Source: an uncultured Phycisphaerales bacterium (GTDB taxonomy: Bacteria > Planctomycetota > Phycisphaerae > Tepidisphaerales > Tepidisphaeraceae). From it: 64,000 nt of DNA. Both the position numbers and the translations under genes were made by a program. The notes beneath the pieces are model-generated. The model had not been told where the DNA came from and did no database searches. It saw nothing but the letters and a program-made list of their open reading frames with translations. The stretch's first letter is position 1. Each line of letters starts with the position of its first letter. This document shows positions 58,657 through 64,000 of the stretch, one piece after another. The stretch covers positions 576,001-640,000 of the forward strand of contig CAVWLP010000003.1 in the NCBI GenBank assembly GCA_963755915.1. Direction: 5' to 3'.

Positions 58657-60090
58657 TCAGGTGCCCTGGAGCAGCGTGAGGACGTTCTGCGGTGAATTGT
58701 TGGCCGTGGCCAGAACGCTGGTGCCGGCCTGCACAAGAATCTGGGCTCTTGTGAGATTCGAGGTTTCGGAGGCGAAATCGGCGTCCTCGATGTCGCTTTC
58801 GCTGGAAGTGACGTTTTCCAGAGCGACCTGGAGGCTGGCGGAATTGGTGTCCAGGGTATTCTTCTCGAAGGCGCCCAGACGGCCCTGCAACTGGGCGACC
58901 TGCTGGATGGCGGCGGAGACGATCTGGCCGGCGGCCTCGGAATTGCCGCTGACAACGGAGGCGCTGCCGCCGGTCACGATGTCGTTGAGGAACCCGACGA
59001 CGTTATTGCCCAGGGAACTGGCGGCGACGGAACCGATGCCGATGCTGACCTGCTGCTGACTGTTGACGTCGGCGCCGAGTTGGAAGAGTGCCCCGCCACC
59101 GGTGATGGTGAAGCTGGTTTTTCCGATCCCAAAATCGCTGTTGAGGGTCATGTCGAGATCGAGTGAGGAAGTATTGAGCTGAAGTTCCAGGCCGTTGCCG
59201 ACGGTGAGAGCGCCGTTGATGGTGGCAACGGCGTTGGCGCCGACGGCGCGCTGGCTGTCCGCGCCGGCGGACGTGGTGGTCTGGAAGGTGCCGGTCTGTG
59301 CCTGGATGGAGACGTACGAGGTGGTGCCGTAACCGGTGCTGTTGAAGTTGATTCCGGAGGTGGCGGCGGCGGGGTTGATGAGATCGGCGGTGACGCCGGT
59401 GCTGTCGGAGATTCGATTGACGGCGAAGGCGATGGCCGAAGCGGTGGTTCCGCTGACAAACGAGAGGGTCTGGCTGCCCTCATTGCCGGCGATTTCAAGG
59501 GTGACGCTTTGGGTAATGGAGCTGCCGCGGAACTGGAGGTCGGCAAGCTTTGCGCTGGCGATGACGTTGACATCGACGGGCATCGTGGGCTGGGTGCCGA
59601 GATTCGCCTGGGAGATGGTCAACGCGCTGATCGCGCTGGTGGCGACGCCGCAGGTGATGTAATTGAGGCTGCCGTCGAGGAGATTGAGGCCGGCGAAACT
59701 GGTGGTTTCGGCGATTCGACTGATGGAAGAGACGTCGGAGTCGATCTGAAGCTGGTTGGCTTGAAGCTCCTCGGGGGACTGAGCGCCGGAGTTGGCGGAT
59801 TCGACAACGAGGCCGTTGATGTCCTGGAGAAGGGAATCGACTTCGGTGAGGGCGCCATCGGCGGTGGTGATCACGTTGGTGGCCGTCGAGCTGTTGTTGA
59901 TCGCCTGCGAGATACCGGTGATTTCGGTCTGCAGGTCCTGGCTGGCGATGAGTCCCGCGGGATCATCGGCGCCGCTGTTGATGCGGAGCCCGGTGCTCAA
60001 TCGTTGTAACGATTGATCGAGGGAAGCCTGTGAGTTCTGAAGAGCGTTCTGAGCGATCAGAGACGCGACGTTGGTTTCGATGCGGCCCAT
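58657..60090 (-). CDS. fliC: Flagellin 3 (more divergent)
   Basis: LQRLSTGLRINSGADDPAGL, QGRLGA, IEDADFASETSNLTRAQILVQAG. Confidence 0.95.
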   Translation of the reverse strand: MGRIETNVASLIAQNALQNSQASLDQSLQRLSTGLRINSGADDPAGLIASQDLQTEITGISQAINNSSTATNVITTADGALTEVDSLLQDINGLVVESANSGAQSPEELQANQLQIDSDVSSISRIAETTSFAGLNLLDGSLNYITCGVATSAISALTISQANLGTQPTMPVDVNVIASAKLADLQFRGSSITQSVTLEIAGNEGSQTLSFVSGTTASAIAFAVNRISDSTGVTADLINPAAATSGINFNSTGYGTTSYVSIQAQTGTFQTTTSAGADSQRAVGANAVATINGALTVGNGLELQLNTSSLDLDMTLNSDFGIGKTSFTITGGGALFQLGADVNSQQQVSIGIGSVAASSLGNNVVGFLNDIVTGGSASVVSGNSEAAGQIVSAAIQQVAQLQGRLGAFEKNTLDTNSASLQVALENVTSSESDIEDADFASETSNLTRAQILVQAGTSVLATANNSPQNVLTLLQGT

Positions 60091-60121
60091 ATCAATCCTC
60101 CATGATTGCTAATGGACAAAC

Positions 60122-60163
60122 GGGGCGAGTTTCCAGGGGCGAGTTTCCAGGGGCGAATTTCCT
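60122..60163. repeat. 3x 14-nt tandem repeat between csrA and flagellin 3
   Basis: GGGGCGAGTTTCCA x2 followed by GGGGCGAATTTCCT. Confidence 0.9.
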
Positions 60164-60174
60164 GAGGGATAGAA

Positions 60175-60447
60175 TTACTTCTTATCCTTGTCATCCTTTT
60201 TAGCCGGTGGGGACGCATTGTCCGCCGGCGCGATCTTTCCGAATCCCGAAAGATCCTCGGGCTTAACTTGCGCCGCGGCTTTGTTCTCGCGGCGGATGGC
60301 GTCGTAGACTTCCTTGCGGTGGACGCTGATCTCCTTGGGGGCGTTAATCCCGAGTCGAACTTTGTCACCACGGATGTCAACAACGGTCACCTCGATATTG
60401 TCACCGATCATGATCGTTTCATCTCGCTGACGTGAGAGGACGAGCAT
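60175..60447 (-). CDS. csrA: Carbon storage regulator CsrA
   Basis: [48 protein letters not shown]. Confidence 0.97.
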   Translation of the reverse strand: MLVLSRQRDETIMIGDNIEVTVVDIRGDKVRLGINAPKEISVHRKEVYDAIRRENKAAAQVKPEDLSGFGKIAPADNASPPAKKDDKDKK

Positions 60448-60568
60448 GTTCAGGCTCCTTCCTGCAATTCGGCCCGCGAACCGGCGCTATTTCCGGCGGC
60501 GGAGGTCCGATCCACCCGAGACGTCCGTGTCCCAGGCCATGTTTATTCCCACCCCTGAATCCCCACCC

Positions 60569-61018
60569 TTACGCCGACTTCGCCAGAGGGACTTCGGCGG
60601 TGAGCCTGAGCAGAGGCTGGCGCGTGGTCCATTTCTTCTCTGTGAGGACGACCTGCTGTGCGAGGCGACTTTCGCTGTTGACGATGATCGGCCCGAGCAG
60701 ATTTCCGGTGAGCCAGTCTCCGATCTTGTTGCAGATGACGAAGACCTGGGCGAATTTCAGGTCGGAGAAGGCGAGATCACCGAGCGTTTCCTCGCGCATG
60801 GGGACCTCATAATCCTTGAAGAAGATCGTGGGGTCGGTGACGACGAAGGCGAGCGTTGGCTCATCGACGCTCTGGAGCCAGAAGAAGTAATTTCCCTGGC
60901 CGGTCTGGATCAGCGCGAATCGCTGATGATTGGGGAACCCAAGCAGTCCCCTGGGAAAGTTCATCAGGCGCGTTTCGTCAACGGGAACGACGCCGAAACG
61001 AGACGTGTTGATCTCCAT
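60569..61018 (-). CDS. fliW: Flagellar assembly factor FliW
   Basis: TSRFG, FPRGLLGF, FFWLQS, LAFVVTDP, TGNLLGPIIVN. Confidence 0.92.
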   Translation of the reverse strand: MEINTSRFGVVPVDETRLMNFPRGLLGFPNHQRFALIQTGQGNYFFWLQSVDEPTLAFVVTDPTIFFKDYEVPMREETLGDLAFSDLKFAQVFVICNKIGDWLTGNLLGPIIVNSESRLAQQVVLTEKKWTTRQPLLRLTAEVPLAKSA

Positions 61019-61373
61019 GATCTGCTTCTCCAATGGCGCGGCTTGCCGAGAAAACCGCGTAAAAGTTTTTACCGGCGGCGTCATGCCGCTCGGTTGCGTT
61101 CGCGGGAAATTCCGCGGCGCCGGCATCCGGCGGCATCCAGCGGCCGGAGACCTAACTGGGACAATTCCGCAACCGGCGGAAGGGTCCGGGCAACCGCGGG
61201 CGTCCACCGCGGGCTGCCGCAAGCTTGTTCCCCGGTTCCACCGGAGCAGGCGGGTTTCGGCGATTTCTGCCTCAGTCGGCAGATTTTTCTGCGCCTGATG
61301 CGATTGAATGCTTATTGCTCAATCGCAATGTACATCGCACCTACGCACAGGCAATCCGCGTGCCACGCCGGCG

Positions 61374-63285
61374 TCAGGCGAGGAAATCCAGCAACGAAAT
61401 CTGCATCGATTGCGCCGTTGTCTCCAGGCTGGCCTCAAGGGCCTGCTGAAGCGTCGTATACTGCGAGACTGCCTGTGTCATGTTCACGTCCTGCAAACTC
61501 GAAAGCAGCGTCTGGGTGGCGGTATTCTGCTGCTGAATCGCGGTTTGCTGGGTGGTTAGCTGCTTTTCGACGGCGCCGGTTTCGCCGTGGAGTTCGATCA
61601 CCCGGTTGATATCGTTGCTAATGTTTCCGCCGGCCTGGGTGATGGCCGTCTGGTTGCCAGACTGAAGGGCGGTCATGAGGGCCTGGAGGTTTCCAAATAT
61701 TCCCAGCGAGTTCTGGGCGCCGACGTCGGTGCCCGTGATGGTATTTCCCGCGGCGGCGACGTTGAGGCCAAGCTGCGACGCGGCATTGGAGTTGTTCAGC
61801 GGGGTCACCGTGAGGGTTCCCGTGCCGGTGGACGAATCGGTGAGAACGATGCCGCTTCCGGTGGTCGCAAGCGAAGCGGTAACGGTACCGCCGGTGGCGG
61901 TGTTGATGTCGTTGATAACGTCCTGCACGGTTTGAGCCCCATTAAGGGTGACGTTGAAGGTTGCGCCCGCCTGGTCGGTGATCTGAAAATCTGGCGTCCC
62001 GGCCCCGGCGGTTTGCACGCCGGCGCCGTTGTTGAGGGTTGAGAGCTGGGTGGAGAGCCCCATGGTCTGGAGACCCAGGTCGGCGGCGGTTGCCCCGCCG
62101 TTTTCACCGATGCTGAGGGAGGTTCCCTGGTTGGAGTTGAGAATGTTGATGCCGGTGCCGGCGGAGTTGATTTCAGCGACGACGCCGATGCCCGCGCCGT
62201 TGATGGCGTTGAGCATGTCCTGGACGGTGCCGGTGGGAGACCAGGTGATGGTCTTGGTTTGCTGCCCGTTGGTGATGACCAGGCCGGAATTGTCGATGCC
62301 TGCGCCGTCGTTGAGCGATGAGAGGGAAGTAAGGAGGGTAACCTGTGGATTGAGGGAGCTGCCGACAACGGGGGTGTTCGCGCCTGCGCCGGTGGCGGGG
62401 GTGGCGATCCCGAGGGTTTCGGCGGTGGAACCGGTGATGGTGATGTTGTCGGTGGGCGCACCGGAGATGGTTAGCCCCTGTCCGGTAATGGTGGCGGTGA
62501 TTCCGCCGACGGCTGCCTGATTGATGAGGTTGACGACGTCGCCGACGGTGGCGGCGGAGGAGAGATCGACGTTTTTCGTGACGACACCCTTGCTGAGGGT
62601 GAGGGAGCCAAGCTGGATGCCGGTGTTGGTCGGCGCCGCCGAGGGAGGAGAGGGGTGTGGTCGCGGAAATATCGGGGGCAAGGTCTGCGTTTCCATTGAC
62701 GCCAGTATCCAAAGCGCCAAAGACTTCAGCGCCATTGGACTGGGAGTCGACCTGGATTCCGTCGTTGATCTGGCTCTGGAGGGTGACAGCGCTTCCGACG
62801 AATTCGACGACGCCGTTGGATTCGACAAAGGGCTGGGTGTTCGCGGAAGCGCCGGCGAAAAGGTATTGCCCGTTGGATTGCTGGTTGGCGATGGCAAGGG
62901 CCTGGGTGTAAATGCTCTGGACGACGGTGGCATCGCTGGTGCGCTGGGTCTGGCTGACGTCGGAGCCCACGTCGGCGGAGGCGATCTGCTCGGCCTGCTG
63001 GAGAAGCGTCGTCAGATTTCCAAGGCTGGAATCGGTCTGCGACATCTGGGCGCTGACGCCGTTGATCGTGTCGTTGTAGCTGGCCTGGCGGTTGAGGGTT
63101 TGTTGAAGCTGGATGATGATGGCGGCGGCAGCGGGATTGTCGCTGGGCGTGTTGACGGCCAGGCCAGTCGAGAGCTCGTTTTGGATGGTCAGAAGCTGGG
63201 TCTGCGTGCCTGTAATCTGGGAGGTGAGCAGGCTGGACTGCATCAGGTTGCTGACGCGCGAAATTCCCGTGGGTACGACTGACAT
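61374..63285 (-). CDS. flgL: Flagellar hook-associated protein 3 (frameshift near 62630)
   Basis: QNELSTGLAVNTPSDNP, NGQYLFAG, C-terminal LSSLQDVNMTQAV...ISLLDFLA. Confidence 0.88.
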
Positions 63286-63311
63286 GGGTTAAGCTCCTCT
63301 GGCTCCTCTCA

Positions 63312-64000
63312 TCATTCCACCATCTGGATAAGGGACTGCATCATCTGGTTGACCGTCGAGACAAACATTGCCGCGCCCTGGTAGCTGCGCTGCTCGCTGA
63401 GCATGTTGATGGTCTCCTGGTCGAGGCTCACACCGCTGACGTTTTGCTGCTGGGTCTGAAGCGTTTGCACGATGTCCTGGGTGGAGTTGACGTTGCTGGC
63501 GGCGGCGGCGGTGGTGTTGGCGATGTTGCCGATCAGGTTGTTGTAGGAATCGGTCCAGGACTGGTTGCCGAGAAGCGACTGGGTGGTTGAGGGAAATCCG
63601 GCGATGGCCAGGGCGTTGGAATTGTCGCCGGGGTCGCCGTTCTGGGAGGCGGCGATGAGGCTGGGGTCGTTGGCAACCTGCGAATTCACCGCAATGTCGC
63701 CCGCGTCGGTTCCCGTGAAAAAGCTGTTGATTCCCAGGGCCGCCAGGACGTGGTTGCTGTCCTGGCTGAAGCTGATCTGCATGCTTGGGTTGGTGGATGC
63801 GATCGTCAGTTGGCCGTTCTGGATGGTGGCGCTGACGTTGGGGATCGCGTTCAGGCTCGCCGCGAGGCTGTTCAGCGTTGTGTCCGTTGGCTGGCCGGTA
63901 AGGTTCACGGGAACGAGCGTGCTGCTGGCGAGGCCGGTTTGGGTGTTGGTGGTGGTGACGACGAAGCTGCCGTTAACGGGCTGGTAGGGAAGTCCCGCGG
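63312..64000 (-). CDS. flgK: Flagellar hook-associated protein 1, 3' part
   Basis: GDNSNALAI, QQNVSGVSLDQETINML..QRSYQGAA. Confidence 0.9.
   Translation of the reverse strand, partial: AGLPYQPVNGSFVVTTTNTQTGLASSTLVPVNLTGQPTDTTLNSLAASLNAIPNVSATIQNGQLTIASTNPSMQISFSQDSNHVLAALGINSFFTGTDAGDIAVNSQVANDPSLIAASQNGDPGDNSNALAIAGFPSTTQSLLGNQSWTDSYNNLIGNIANTTAAAASNVNSTQDIVQTLQTQQQNVSGVSLDQETINMLSEQRSYQGAAMFVSTVNQMMQSLIQMVE

Noticed and set aside
1961-63285. Many split genes (tatA, fumC, TPR-GT, two SDRs, mqnE, ygfZ, NAT, DUF6734, lutC, flgL and others) as pseudogenes or programmed frameshifts
   Set aside because: The breaks are single-base, scattered through conserved genes, often at homopolymers or GC runs, with no other decay and no slippery-site pattern. 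Best explained by long-read indel errors.
1-64000. tRNA or rRNA genes, prophage or integrase
   Set aside because: No cloverleaf, rRNA, phage structural or recombinase signatures recognised.

Overview
A 64-kb, GC-rich bacterial chromosomal segment, most likely from a planctomycete (Phycisphaerae/Tepidisphaerales-like). The assignment is inferred from 'ATQP/ATSQP' motifs in secreted proteins, an 'ExLExRxLFS' extracellular signal, a PEP-CTERM protein and the futalosine pathway. Many conserved genes carry single-base frameshifts, often at homopolymers, so this looks like an unpolished long-read assembly rather than genome decay. Ordinary content: rluD, tatA, proC, fumC, TPR-glycosyltransferase, porin, fucose and rhamnose isomerases, TetR-EmrAB, menG-ubiX-ubiA-mqnE, terC, riboflavin synthase, ygfZ, ppk2, bacterial topoisomerase VI (top6B-top6A), S1/P1 nuclease, lutABC and a flagellar block (flgK-flgL-fliW-csrA plus three flagellins). 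There is one intact IS4-family element with a 9-bp target duplication. Most notable: (1) two REP-associated tyrosine transposase (RAYT)-like genes, each with its own hairpin family, and at least five small palindromic repeat families, some inserted in-frame in proteins, including one RAYT itself; (2) two unannotated paralogous loci (12.25 and 37.0 kb) that share a ~120-bp upstream element followed by a repeat-laden small ORF with 10-nt-periodic motifs; (3) a 2.4-kb cassette (orphan multi-ubiquitin gene, terC, PGPGW gene) bracketed by a diverged duplicate of the mqnE 3' end, next to a lower-GC island with a TGATATC array and an internally deleted defence-like gene; (4) an in-frame amber codon in top6A. 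All calls come from motif recognition by eye; no searches were run.
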